From Lytechinus pictus (taxonomy: Eukaryota): a DNA stretch of 64,000 bases. The stretch lies in NCBI RefSeq assembly GCF_037042905.1, contig NC_087245.1:10728001-10792000 (forward strand), read 5' to 3'. Shown here piece after piece: positions 1-14,191 of the stretch. The first letter of the stretch is position 1; every line of letters starts with the position of its first letter. The translations under genes and the position numbers were made by a program. The notes beneath the pieces were generated by a model. It worked only from the letters and a program-made list of their open reading frames with translations, was not told where the DNA came from and searched no databases.

Positions 1-3000
1 TACAATTTTGTTCTTCGAGAAGTTGATGTTGACAGGTTTCTTGAAACAGAGTTTGCTCGCCATTTCAAACGAAGCGTGAAAATATGAATATTTGTTGTTA
101 GCATTATTGTATGTTGTTGTCTTGCTTCAATGATATAAACTAAGCAGATTTATTAGTCAAATCTCATTCAATAGAGTGCGTAAATGGGCAAGCGGTAACA
201 CATAACTATCCCTGAAGGTTTTAACCTATCCCTTGCTTATGTTATCCTTAAAATATAATTGATTATATAAGTTAAACATATCTTAGCATACTGAATATAT
301 CGATGCCATCTTTGTTGTTGCCCTTTTCTCTTATCAGGCTGCTGATTTTTGTTTTTTCACAAGTATTTTTCACAATTCATTTGCCCGTGCGTTGATAATT
401 ACTTAATCCTGAAAACATAAAAAATAAGAGAGCAAAAAAACAGATTGGGTGCTTTAATAACGATGCGAATGACGGGGATTCAAATTGAATTTTGGAAACC
501 TGTCATAAAATAAAAACGACGAGATATCTTGGCTTGGTGGGGATAATCGTGTTTATGATTGTTGTTCTTTTTTTTATATGCGCAAAACTGAGAAAAACTT
601 CAATTACTTAAAAAAGTGGCGTATAACCGTTCCGAGCAGTAATTGATAATAATAAAATTAAATGAAATAGAAAAAATTGGGGGATATCCCCACTTGAATG
701 CTATTTAAATGCAGGGGGGGGGGCATTAAAGTGTAAATGATACAATTTCAACTCTTTGAGATGACAGTTTAGGCCTATCATGAATCATGTGGCTCGATTA
801 AGGTTTTGCTGTGACAAAATAATAAATGGAATTTTTAGAATCAAATAGCAATCTCTACCTACCATATACAACGCTGTCACAAACGATACTTTATGGAATT
901 TCATCATATCACTTTCAATATGCAACTGTCTTATTAACGAAGCTTCAGATGGAATGTTGATCCCCCTGGTATCCCTCTTGTACTTGCCAAATAATTCAAT
1001 CACTATATCACCAGCCCTCAGTGGAATCATTAGTCATTTCTATCGTTATTTATGGGAACTTAACCGGATACGGCAAACAAGTTAACGACATTATAGTTAA
1101 AGTTTCAAGTCAGTTATCAATCATATTCTTCAATGTAAATGAAGGATTGTACAGAAACGTCAATGGCATACTATAGCCCACTCGTGACTTGCTAGTAATT
1201 TGTGTGCTAATTTAACCTTATTTACAATGCGGAAATGAAATAGTTCCTTAATCTCCGTCAAATTCGAGCGCTCTAAAACGAGCAATAAATGAATAATCTG
1301 ACCTGTAATTGTGATTGATGTGACTGGCAGTGCTAGCACCCATGTCCGAAGATCTTGTTTATTCGGAAAGCATGAAAATGAAACTACACGTAACACTTTT
1401 TTATATCATCGATTGGTGACAACAAGTTTGAAATCCACCTGTTTCTATTTTTTGTTTTGTCGTTGACCTGTTTCAGTTGCTAGTCGGCTTTTCATTAAAG
1501 TTGGGCATTATGAAAAACCCATTTTTCATACTACACTCAGAGTGATAAATTGGCATATGACATCAATGCATGTGAGATTAGAATTTTGGGCACCTTCAGG
1601 ACACCGTATTAAAACATACATGTTACAAATATTAAATATCATATTCAATAAGTTGACCTTACGAGTGATGTTGGACAAATGCCATCTTATACATTGACTA
1701 AATACATGATGAGTTCAAAAGAAACTGAGACAAGTAACAATTAAAAGTGACAGAAACGCCACAAAATACTAAATGAAAAACAAAAACAAAAACGAACACC
1801 TTAATTTTGAATAAAAAATAAAGGAAATAAGAAATAAGAAAAAAGATGAAACGACAATATACATGTATGAATAATATAAAATTTACACTTTCTAAACTAG
1901 ACTTCATTAAACAGTAAATGATTGCAAACAATAATGTTTGTTTAATCGATTGGATAGATTTGGGAAAATTGAATATATAATGCTTTTTTTATTAAACAGG
2001 TGCAATGAATCGTGGCACAATGTATACCTTCCTATACTAGAAATGTTTTTTTATTCATAATACTTAAAATGTGCAATAGCCAAAACCAATATTCACGATA
2101 ATTTTAAATTTCGAAAATGCAAAATATACACTTTGGTTAGGTCTCCTTAATGATAAAACATTTCTGCCAACTTAGCTTGGCCTGCTGTACTGAGAAAAGA
2201 ATAACGCAGACTCATATCTTTCATATCCTATCAATTATACCTTCCATTATTTTCAAGGATAAAAGACTATTGTGGCAACTGATTAGTTTTCTGAATAATT
2301 AATGTTCAATTTCGTAATCCTGCTTATCTATTATTAAAATTTACGATGTACAATCCTCGGGGTATTTCAGCATCAAAATAACAATATAAATGCTTGCTAA
2401 TGAAATACGGAAATTTGAATATATTTTGAAAACTGCTTTCAAGTTTAGAGGTCAACGCACAATCTACTCTACAACATTTTGAAATGATCAAAGTCCAAAG
2501 ATTAGATAACAATGCCAGATTTCCAGTAACGACAATAAGCTTGTCGACTGAGAAGACTTGGGTTTGGTGGCTCCGAAAAGTAAACCACGAGTTGCCGTTT
2601 CTACGAATCCGACAACTAGTAATCTTTTCCTAGACATTTCTAACATTAATAGCCCCTTGAAGGTTAAGCTGATACAGCACAGACCTTTAGTCTTCAAGAA
2701 GGTGGTCCTTTACGCCATTCCATATCGATTTAAACCCATTTACACCATTCTTCAAACACATAGTTCTCGCTTTTGGTGTTGAAAGAAAAAAAGCTTCGAT
2801 ATGTAATGTCTCCAAAAATCAATTAGTATTCAAATATGATCAATGCTTCCCGTGGTTGTCCTCACGAAATTGGATACAGCTTGTGCGATATGTTTGCCGT
2901 TTGTAAACCTGTCTTTCCTTCACGAGAGTGATTTCATGTCTTTTATACTCTCAGTACCAAATATGACTACACTATAAGAAAGAAGCTGATAAATATGAGC

Positions 3001-4105
3001 CATCTCATGTCCTTGCATCGTGAAGGGGGGGGGGGGGCAGTCCTATATATAGTATAATAGTAAGTATTCGTACATGATCTATACTAAACAATAGTATTAG
3101 ATGGAGAGTTTTAGTTGGAATACGATCAATCTAAAGCCAACAGACGAGAAGCAGATAAGTCTTCATTTAAAAAAGAGGTAAATTTTTGCTGTCTATGTTA
3201 TTGTTGATTGCTCTCCGTGGTAAGAGCGCGATGCCTTTTCAATTGAAAAAAAAATAGGTGTCTGCAAAGGTGAATGGATGAATGAGAAAATATGAATGAG
3301 GGCGAAGAAGTTGTATCACTTTCGAAGGATATTGGCAGATATCTAAAGAAGATGTGAAATCAGTGCTGGTCTCTTTCACGAAGGAGGCCAATATACTTTC
3401 ATTCATGATATTCTTTCGAGTATGGGTCCTTGGCAGAGACATTCATCGATTAAAACCTGGTTTTTTTTTCAACACTTTGTCGGGACGCACGAATAGTATC
3501 CTAAATTAACATTTACACGTATCACTGATTTTTGGTAAATTAACATTCTTTGTTTTTGAGACGTTCTATTTTGAATCATTCAAACGTGGCCAAAATTTCG
3601 GTATAAAAATGTCTAGACATATTAATAAAATGTACCTGATGAAATGATCTCAAAACATGAACCATAAAGTCAATAAAAATCACCTCTTTACTTACTGTAA
3701 GTCATGAACTTTGCAATTCATTGGGTAAATGAGACAAAATATATGGCAAGTAAGAATATTTTTCATTTATTTATTTCATTGATTCATTCCCATGTTTTAA
3801 AATTGATTGAAATAACTACTCATCTCATCACTTCTAATCAAGTTTTGAATGATCGCGGCATTTGTGTGTTCATAATTTTTGAAATGTTATATGAGACATA
3901 AATTTATATCTTTAGCAATTTATCTTGTGAATATTTTGTCGTCCAATTAGTAAATAATGTAGCTTGATGGCAGGCGATATGAGTCTCTCAAATTAGTAAA
4001 AGTCTCTAATTACATTATATACATAAAATAGGAATAAATTTCCGCATAAATGAAATTACGTAACGTTTTAACCAAAAAAAATGCAACAAAAATAACCACG
4101 CCATA

Positions 4106-4418
4106 GGCCCGTATTCTGAAGTCGGGTTTAACTTAGACTCAGGTTTAAAGATGTGGTTTAAGTATGGGAAGCAAAAAGTACCAAAATTTTTATTAAGTTG
4201 TATGTTTCTTATGTTTACTGTGCTCTTTCCTGATTCATCGATGGTGAAGACAATCATTTATTTATACTTCCTACACAATTATAAATGATTTGAGAGCCGA
4301 ATGAGCTGAAAGTATGATATCTCTACTGTTAGTGATTATGTAACAATTGGCTGTCCATACTTAAACCACAATTTTAAACCTGAGTCTATAAGTTAAACCC
4401 GACTTCAGAATACGGGCC
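4106..4418. mobile_element. MITE, PIF/Harbinger-like (3-bp TSD)
   Basis: ~60-bp TIRs GGCCCGTATTCTGAAGTCGGGTTTAACT... / ...AGTTAAACCCGACTTCAGAATACGGGCC; ATA on both sides (4103-4105, 4419-4421); no coding capacity. Confidence 0.8.
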
Positions 4419-7137
4419 ATAGTGTTTTGATATTGACTGATTTCAGGTCAAAATAATGTGGATCCTTTCAGATATAAATGATGAGCGCACGTCAAAGGAA
4501 CAATTTGTACATTTCTTAAAGCAACATGTTTCTTTTATGGATCTATTTAGGTGAATTCCTTTCAAGTGCACTGTCAAGTACTGCAATTGTTTATCATACT
4601 CAATAGCATCGTTTTACCTTTTCTGACCCTTACGATTTTTTGATCGCAAAATTAAAGAAAGTTTTGACTTTCAACCCTCTTACTTTCAAATAACCGCTAC
4701 AATCGTGTTTAAAAAAAAACATCGGATATTGCTGTACATTTTTTTTCATTTTTTTTGCGTTAAAATGTTACAATGCTCAAAAAAGGAAAATTAAGTTTAC
4801 GCGCTCAATTTGTTTTTAGAGTACGTCCTATCTCGTTCCTTAACGATTCATTTGTTTCGTAAACCACATAGATTCAGTGCTATTTTCAAGCGCTACATAC
4901 AAGTGTACTCCTATTCACAAAACTTAACATTTCCCCTAAACATATCGTCTATTTTGTTTTCTGATAGAAATATAGCCAGATAGAAATATTGCCAGTCACT
5001 CCACCAGAAAAGTGCAATTCTTACAAATATGAGAGAAAGCTGCACAATGCCAATAATATAAAAATGATTCTTCATGCTGTATTATGTAAAGCCCTCATGA
5101 TACATAAATGGTTTTTAATCATTTTTATGCGTTTCATTTTGTAATTTTTTTAGACATTATCTTTGATATTAGCTCATTCATGGGCCATTCTATGTTGTTG
5201 GTACAATCTATCGATCAGGTTAAAACCAATTTCATTATCTCCTATACGTTATTCTACAAACTATGAGATCACTGTGTAAAACGGCATCCGAGAAAAAATA
5301 CCGTCTTGCCAGCCCAAATTGCGTCGCGAAATTAATGTCAATTTTTGGCGTGGCGTAGGCGCGGTGATAATGATTATAGCTGGATAATCCAATTGGAGTT
5401 GCCCTTGACAAGGCTCGGGTTGATTTAGCTCATCGATGAAGGCTCGTTCACACTACTAAATCATGAATCAACGCTTGCTGAGTTTAATTATGACAACCGT
5501 TTCATACGTTTGGTATTTCAGTTCAGTATGATTTGGGAATAATTGGAGGATATATTTTTGCATATTGTGATACATCATTATTCTATATTTAGTATCCGAG
5601 CGATGTTTTATATTTCGATTGTCGGAATGGAAGTGCCTTTTTACTAGTCATTTCCCATCTGTATTTCCAGATAAATTCTTGGCCGACATTATTATTATGA
5701 CTTACCCTTTTCCTGCAGTATTAAAGTTTAGAATAGGCCAAAAAACAATAATGAATCAATATATCCTGAATTATTTTACGATATTAGTTTTTCGTTCCCA
5801 TCTTTATATTTTAATCGTTACTTTAAATGATAACAATAATAATCTATTAAGCGCTTTCGACCAAAGTTTCCATTGCGCTATTCATAAACATACAAAATTC
5901 AAAAGAAAATAAGATGAGAATCACCGATACATGATATCATACATAATACCATTTAAATCTTTATTTTTGTAAAATATCAATCCAGCAACCTAAATCTTCA
6001 GATGGTCTATTGGCCTTCTAAACGCATCTAACTAATTTCCGAACACGATGTTCATCAAACAATTTGAGATTGTCTTGTGTAGTAGTTAGGTATTCGCAAT
6101 TAAAATTTATTTCATGCCCCTGATTCCAAGATATACTGATTTTGTTGACAAAAATCTCCAATCCTATGACCAAGTACCTTCATTCTATTTTTAAAACTAT
6201 ATAGATAACCTTCACAAAACGAAATAAAAATTCGATCGCGATTGCGATAGCGTGGTTTTGCAATCGTTAGCGGGTTTACTCTTCTGCGATGCGATTAGGA
6301 TGTCGGAATATACAAAACCCCCAACACTACAGTTAATGCTATCAAATGAGCCGAGTGTGCTTATCTTCGCTGCTTGTTTCAATTGGGTCAGGTTCCTGGC
6401 CTATTTCTTAGTTAACATGAATCGAATGTTACGTTGATATCTTGTCAGATTCTACTTCGAAGTTTTCGGCCTGAAGTTCTCAACTGACTAAAGGTAAGCC
6501 ATCAACAAGTTGATAATGATCAGATTATGTTAGAATATTGTGTTTTTACCTCTCAACAGAATTCCGCATGCATGGTTTGATTCCACTTTCCCCTCAAGGT
6601 GTTGTAAAATTTGTATTCATAAGATGATTGAAAGCTGTAGGACGGTTAATAATATAAGTAAGTTCAGTGGCTATTCTGCTATAATACCAAAGCTGTAATA
6701 TTGACCATTTTTCATCTAATGGACTCTGCGGACGTTTTTCTTTGCATCCGGAATTTCCAATTTATCCAGACAAAAAAAAAGCATTTGTCATATCATATCG
6801 TTAAAAATACCAATATTTTCAAGACCGTTGATAATTCATATAGATGGGCCAAACTAAATACGAAATACGGGAAGGATATTACGGGTGACATCGGTAAAAG
6901 AATATTAACATTCCACTGTTGTTAGAGACGAGATTGCAGTAACTCCAGCGATAGATTCAATTTTCCATGGCAATCTATCAAATTCTGGAGTCTAGGTGTC
7001 TATGCGATATTAATATCTCTTCACCCTATATCAAATGTATACAAGTTGCAGATAACAAATTGATTAAGGATAAATAGCCAAAAAGGTAAAAATAGGAAGG
7101 TTTAATCTAATTGAATTTAAAGAGTTACGTGTTCATA

Positions 7138-7138
7138 C

Positions 7139-7170
<32 letters not shown>
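7138..7170. repeat. (ATCA)n microsatellite
   Basis: ~8 tandem ATCA units. Confidence 0.9.
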
Positions 7171-7171
<1 letters not shown>

Positions 7172-9081
7172 GAATTATCATAATCATGAGTATCCGGCTC
7201 TGTGTATGATAATTGATTTTAATCTTACTGTTGTGGCGACGCATTCCGGTGCTCTATTCTATTTTTGTGAATCGCTTTCTATAATCATTCTTATGTTTTA
7301 TTCTTGGTTTCCCTTCTTTCAAGCCTTTGGGGCTTCTTGGGATACCTTTTTCTTTCATTATTTTTTATTAATCTCACCTTAATGACTGATGATTATATTT
7401 GTATATTCATGTTCAAAATATTGTATGATATTTGTATGTTTTTACATGTATATAATTATTATTGAAAGAAATAAATGAGAGTAATTTCACTCTCCCTCAA
7501 ACCAATTATATAACATCGTGGTAGTACCGAAGAAATTTACTATTCGTTGGATCCCTGTATAATTTTGTTAAGGTTTTTAACAAGAAAAAAATAACACTTG
7601 AGTAATGAACATTCAAGAAAAGATAAATCAGCTTTTCTTATCCCATGCGCACCATCTTTTTACTTTTAAAACATTTGTTTGATTTTTTTTACTTGAAAAA
7701 GCAGGATGATGGGCAGCCCCTGTCATTCTGGAGCCTTCTTGCATCCCAAAACTATATAGGGAGTGGTATTATTAACCGGCTTGGCTTCTAATTGGTGGCT
7801 TTTGGATTATCCCATAGCTTTTATATCAATATTGATTTTATCATTTATAATGATTAGTCTTTAAATTTTTTTTTATTTGTAATACTTTTCTTGCTTCTCG
7901 TTTATCATTATCATAATGATAATACATTGTTGGTAATCTAATAACTATCATTATCATCTGATCACTTCAATAAGCGAGGAAGTCACAAATATTAGTTTAG
8001 AGAAAGAGGAATTGATTTATAGATTAATGGAAAACATATTAGAGAGAGAAAATGGTATTATTCATGTAGCCGAAACGTTACAATTTAATATTTCGATACA
8101 TTCATGTTGTTTACTCTTCTACCGTAATTCATTCATTATCAAGATGACTTTATGATAATTTTGTCACCTAGTTTCTGCTAGTTCCAGGCAATGTGGGTAA
8201 ACCTCTTTAGATTAAAGATAAATTTTAATATCTGGTACGTGTTCATTATATGGGAATTAATATCACATGTTAAGAATCGTTCATGTGGGCTGAACAGTGC
8301 ATTTCAAATGATGCAAGACAGACGGCTGTGCAAGTATTCCATTATTCTTCATTATGCTTGTCACTGTCGATTTAGAATTTCAGGAAGGCTAGCTGCGGAT
8401 ATACCTTTGCACATCAATATATCATATCAAATAATTGGTCAGGATATTTCATTACTTGTAATGAAAGACTATTGTATGTTCTGTGACGTATGTTCCCTAC
8501 ATGAGGGATTGTCTGCTCTTCATCTTTCTCATATTGGAAGAAAATCTCATCAGATCGATGAAAAGATCGTTTTACCATATTCAACTACCCCATTTTCTGT
8601 TTTTTAATTGGATGCGGTTATCGCGTGCTGACAGTGGCTAAAGGAGTCCCCAAGTACATTGTTATCCGAGGCTTACTGAAAAAGACACTTGACAAACAAG
8701 TGTGATTTAGATAAAAGACAGGAACGTTTCAGAATTTATTTATTATATTGCTGGAGGGCACGAGATATATGACAAATCACCAGAGATGATCTGGTAATCT
8801 GAATTAGTTTTCCGATTGAGTTTCTTCAAGGTACTTCAGTCAAACTTCCATTTCCCAGGTCCATACTCGTTTTGGTACGTTTTGGTAATCACCCTATTAA
8901 CTCTATTTTTTCCTTACTCCACCCGTGAGGGATAAATTAATACTTGCAATGAATAAATTCCTTGTATCTTTTCCCCGTTCTCGGAATTAAGTCCGTTCAA
9001 AAGCTGTCGTCACAGGCTTACTCAAACTTTGGAAAACAATAGTGAGTGCCTTGAAACGTACTACAAGCCTTCACATACTTC

Positions 9082-9265
9082 AACTGGGTGTTGTGGCGTG
9101 CGCCTGTAATCCAAGCTGTGGGGAAGTTACAAATTGATGCAGAGGTTCGAGCCCTGGTCGCGTCTTTCGGATGGTGACGTTAAAGGTCGGTCCCAGACGT
9201 AAATAATCATATCTGATTGATACACGTCTGACAAAACTCAAATACACACACACACACACACACAC
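9082..9265 (+). mobile_element. SINE with 7SL/SRP-RNA-like head and (CA)n tail, copy 1
   Basis: Head ACTGGGTGTTGTGGCGTGCGCCTGTAATCCAAGCT resembles the 7SL/Alu 5' end; B-box GGTTCGAGCCC; (CA)n tail; imperfect TSD CACATACTTC / CACACACTTC; near-identical copy at 54693. Confidence 0.8.
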
Positions 9266-9291
9266 TTCATATCCTTTGAGAGCAGAATGAA

Positions 9292-11958
9292 TTCTTTGTT
9301 ATTCTGGGCAAAAAAGTTGAATGGAAGTCTTGACGTCGAGGTGGTTATAAAAAAAAATAATGTATAGGCCTAATAATGGCGGTTTGACAGAGAAATATAG
9401 AACAATTTGAGAAATATGTAAGTAATAAATATTATTTTAGTGACGTCAAATCAGAGCAGCTTTTTGATCCCCACATCATGTGATATACAGCAAAATCCAA
9501 AAATTACAATTTTTGTAATGGACCACGAGAACTTCCCAGAAAGCGCGTTTCTGATGATACGTTGACTGCAATGCCTAAGGCATTTATTTATCATATTCCC
9601 GGTCGGTGGCAGGAGATCGGGGGTAATCGGGGGGTAGCCGGTGTGGTGAGCGATTAAAAAAAATATCAATCCTCATCGGCCAAATAATCGTCAACACATC
9701 GCAGGCACAAATGCCATCGTGCAGAGTTCGTCCATACACACGAAAATTTGTTGAGCCGGGGAAGCAGCGATTAACGGTCGGAAATCGACTGGACATCTGA
9801 TACTAATACCCATTAAATCATAAGGTGAGTGTGTGATAGCCGGACGATAATCCAGACATCGAACAATTATTGGTAGAGTCAGTGGCGTACCGTGGGTCAC
9901 GGCATGGGGGGGGGCATCAGCAAACATTTTGAGTCACTTAAAGAGCGCGCGAAGTGCGCTCAGTTGCCAGGTATACTGACATAATAGAGACATTTTTAGG
10001 ACAGTGTCATTAAACGGATATGTATCTCACTGGTCACATAATGCGAGCGCGAAGCGCGAGCTGAAATTTTTTGAAATTCAGACCTAAAAAGGATATTATA
10101 AGCAATTATTTTTGTAATCATAATACATACCTGTCTCGCTAAACAAACCATGCGAGCGCGAAGCGCGAGCTGAAATTTTTGTATATATTGACCCCAAACA
10201 GGGACATTTTAAGGACTATATTTTAGGAATCCATTAAGAGTATACATATCTCACCATATTCATCTATTGTGAGTGCCTATCTCTTGCTGATTTTGTTAGA
10301 ATAATATACATCTAAACACATGAAGCACTTTTTGTAATCATTGTAATCATGGTTAACATACGCATCTCACTAATCAAATATTGCGAGCGCGAAGCGCGAG
10401 CTGAAAATTTAGGAAATTCAGACCTGAAGAGGGACATTTTAAGGCTTGTTTGTAGGAATTCACGAAGATCATACGTATTTCACTAACAAAAATATGCGAG
10501 CGCGAAGCGCAAGCTTAAATTTTTGCATATCATTGACCCAAAACAAGGATATAAGGACTATTTTTTTTAAGGAATCCATTAAGAGTACATATCTCACCAT
10601 AGTCATCTAATGCGAGTGCCAAGCGCATGCCAATCTTGTTAGAATTACATGTAAATGACACATGAAGCACTTTTTGTAGTCATTGTAATCATGATTATCA
10701 TACACGCATCTCACTAACCAAATGATGCGAGCGCGAAGCGCAAGCTGAACATTTTTGATATTCAGATAAAAAAAAGGGACATTTTAACGACTGATTTTGG
10801 GAATTCATGAAGAACAGACATATTTCACCAATCCACGAATGCGAACGTAAGCACGGACAGGAAATGGTTTATAATTAAGACCTTAAAATGGGGCAACCAC
10901 TTTAATTTAAGTAGTCATAAAATAGAAGCATATGTCACTACATAAACAATAATAATTCGAAGTGCGAGGAAATATATTTGGTGTATATTGACTTGAAAAC
11001 GGGAGGTTTTAGTACAACAGGATTATATATCTTGTTAAACATACAATGCGAGCACCAGGAACAATGAAGACATAGGCCCTGCGCAAATTATGTTTCATAA
11101 AGTTATACATTTTTTTAAATGTAATATAATTATAACATAATATAACATTATAATTAACAATAATTTCTTCTTTCCCCACTACGTTTCTCTCCCTTTCTCC
11201 CTCTTTCTCCTCTTCCCCGTTTTTTTTTTGGCCAGCCGATTGGGGGGGGGGGGGGCACGTGCCCCCACATGCCCCCCCGTAGTTACGCCACTGGGTAGAG
11301 TATCCTACGGCTATCATACGATTGTCGGCCGATGTTCTTTGTTATTCTGGGAAAAAAAAGTTGAATGGAAGTCTTGACGTCGAAGTGGTTATAATAAGAA
11401 AAGAGGAAAAATGTGTAGGCCAAATAATGGCGGTTTGACAAAGAAATATAGAAAAAATTTGAGAAATATCAATGAATATTATGTTTGTGACGTCAAATCA
11501 GAGCAGCTTTTTAATCCCCACCTCATGTGATATTCAGTAAATTCCATAAATTACAATTTTTGTAATGGACCGCGAGAACTTCCCAGAAAGCGTGTTTCTG
11601 ATGATACGTTGACTGCAATGCCTAAGGCATTTATTTATCATATTCCCGGTCGGTGGCAGGAGATCGGGGGTAATCGGGGGGTAGCCGGTGGGGTGAGCGA
11701 TTAAAAAAATATCAATCCTCATCGGCCAAATAATCCTCAACACATCGCAGGCACAAATGCAATCGTGCAGAGTTCGTCCATACACACGAAAATTTGTTGA
11801 GCCGGGGAAGCAGCGATTAACTGTCGGAAATCGACCGGACATCTGATACTAATACCCATTAAATCATAAGGTGAGTGTGCGATAGCCGGACGATGATCCA
11901 GACATCGAACGATTATTGGTAGAGTATCCTACGGACATCATAAGATTGTCGGCCGATG
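9292..11958 (+). repeat. Tandem duplication of a ~625-bp unit (copy A 9292-9879 plus 11294-11334; copy B 11335-11958)
   Basis: Both copies start TTCTTTGTTATTCTGGG and end GATTGTCGGCCGATG; ORFs 9584-9796 and 11534-11842 share N-terminal sequence; copy A is split by a hAT-like insertion. Confidence 0.9.
9880..11293. mobile_element. Non-autonomous hAT-like DNA transposon (1.4 kb) with internal ~120-bp tandem subrepeats
   Basis: TIR CAGTGGCGTA / TACGCCACTG; exact 8-bp TSD GGTAGAGT (9872-9879, 11294-11301); empty site at 11918-11925; repeated TGCGAGCGCGAAGCGCGAGCTGAAA motif across ~10020-10750. Confidence 0.92.
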
Positions 11959-12439
11959 TAATTTCCATCTTGTTATCTTCTTGTGCTGTGTACTGTCTAT
12001 ACAGTAAATGACGCGGATAATAAAGGACCACGATGCATCTGTGATTACCAATCGATGTCTGGCAGATGTCCAGCCGATTTCAATCATATTGGCCATACAT
12101 CGATGCATACCGGTCGGACATCGGTCGGTTAGTGACTAATGTCTGCTCTAGAGGATTTCACCTCCGATGCTAGGGACACCGGATGATTCACGGCCGGACA
12201 TCGGACGATGTGTCTAGTTATCTTTGTCCGATCTCCCCCGATTCTACCTGAGAGCTCCGACCATCGTACGATGATCATGGGTGTTCGGCCGGCAACCAGT
12301 CTATGGCAAAAAACACATCGCAGATACATGGTAAAGCTAATCGGACTGGAATTTGACTGATATATGAGTTGAATTTTCTTTGGCACTCCATAATTTCTAA
12401 TCGAACATGACCATGATGACACTCTTCTAAAAAGATTAT

Positions 12440-12595
12440 CGTTTAAACTAGGAATTTAAAGTAAAGCACCTGACTGCCTAATCAAATGTTAATCAAAATA
12501 CGCTCTAGACTCTAGATTATACCCCAACATATTGATTCATCAAAGGTTTGTCTCAAGGAGTTGATTTAGGTCCGCTTCTATTTAACAAATATTCT
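12440..12595 (+). pseudogene. Highly decayed LINE reverse transcriptase remnant
   Basis: From 12542 translates KGLSQGVDLGPLLFNKY, resembling the RT motif GVPQGSxLGPLLF. Confidence 0.4.
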
Positions 12596-13560
12596 TTTCC
12601 TCTCAACGTAAAGTCAAACTTTTGTTATAAACTCCTCTTTCATATCCTTGAACAATTTGCTTACGAAATGTGAAGGAAGCTTTATTTTCTATGATCACCT
12701 CTTTTACTTTCTGGTATTGTTCCACTTGGTATGAATTATTAAGTACCTGAGGGGGGGGGGGCGCTAACAATAATAAAATAGTACTTTAACTGATGATAAC
12801 AATGTGTAATGAGGATAAAATGTTGAGGAAATTAATTGACGGCGTAAAATGGAAGTTAAGTAACATTAACTAAACACTTTTAATCACTTTTCGTCTTTAT
12901 TACAACACGATTGGAGAGAAAGTTAGATTTATATAAAAGTCACAGTAATTCTATGCGAGTAGAAGTGGGAAATAAAATACGATATTCTTCGAGAAGGCAA
13001 ATGCCAGATAAGGGTGGGAAAAGTTGAGCTGTAGAAAGTCAAGGTGAGGAGGGAGAGGAAGCAAAGTAAAGGTGAACAACAACTTTAATGAGTAGAATGT
13101 AAACCCTGCACGCAACTGTACAAATCTAAAGCAGCTGGAATAATTTATTTGGATAGCATTATGATATTTATTGTTCACGTATAGGAATATTTTCGAAGGC
13201 ACCCAATTTCTAAATGATCGCTGCGGCCAATCATTTGTTGGATTAGTATCAAACACGACACCAACTGAAGGGCGACGGAATGCCTTTAGTGGGAAAATTT
13301 TCACCGATTCGACACCAATTGCATCTGTCAGTGCCACTGGGACCACAACAATCTGTCTTGCCCCAAACGATTCTTAATGTAGAATGTTCAAGTTTCATGT
13401 TTCTTCTTGGTGTAAGGCATTACTTCCTCAATCTTTATCATATTTCCACCTTTCGCTCTGTCTTCGTGTCTCCTCTTTTCAGTGTGAAGAGAGGTGAAAT
13501 AATCTTGAAAAACAGATTTGGATGGTAACTTGTTTTTGTTCATCTTAGTGATATTACCAA

Positions 13561-13763
13561 GGTGACACGACACATGCTCCTGCGACATTTGCTCCGGTCT
13601 TAATATCTCAGAGGGTTTGATTTAAGATTGTAACAGAGTTTTTGAGTTCGCATAATGTAAAGATAAGGATTTGAGTTAATTAGTTTTGGAGGTTAGGATT
13701 AAGGTTTTGCTTATTAAACGTGTCCATAGGAGCAATTGTCGCTGGAGCAGATGCCATGGAACC
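13561..13763. mobile_element. Degenerate MITE-like element with imperfect ~35-bp inverted ends
   Basis: GGTGACACGACACATGCTCCTGCGACATTTGCTCC vs GGAGCAATTGTCGCTGGAGCAGATGCCATGGAACC; no clear TSD. Confidence 0.55.
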
Positions 13764-14191
13764 ATTTGGACTAGTATCAGCTAAATTAACGATAACGAAC
13801 CCCTAAAACCTGTCAGCTATTGTTAATGAAACAATTTCGTTAAGTTCTTCCCAGAACGAATACCGAAATATGACTACTTTAAAAGCACCCCCACACACCT
13901 CACCCATAACACAATCCTCACACACGTGCCCACACGAATATAAGAGTGTCATCTCGAAACGTAATTACATGTGTACCCATCACGAATCTGGAAAACGTGA
14001 GGACAATTCCTTCATAATTACGGAATGTTCAAATTGATTATATTTAATTAGTTGTCCTATATGACCTTAGTCGTCTCTTAACATGTAAGCCTGTCGTGCC
14101 TTTTTGATTTTTGTTGTTGCATATTCTCATACATATCTCGATTGATATCCAATATGATTTTATAGGCACGCCCAAAAAAATAATTACTTAA

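Noticed and set aside
5280..5450. CpG-rich patch with CCAAT and E2F-like TTTGGCG motifs as a promoter
   Set aside because: Short motifs only, with no associated gene evidence
6449..6493. 45-nt AG...GTAAG-bounded micro-exon
   Set aside because: Stop codons in all three frames; could only be non-coding, with no further support
9082..9265. Functional 7SL RNA gene or human Alu contamination
   Set aside because: Similarity covers only ~45 nt; no S domain, Alu dimer or poly-A; has a CA tail and is dispersed
12951..13528. Overlapping ORFs of 68-131 aa, possible exon at 13185-13377
   Set aside because: No recognisable homology, and only an acceptor-like site supports it
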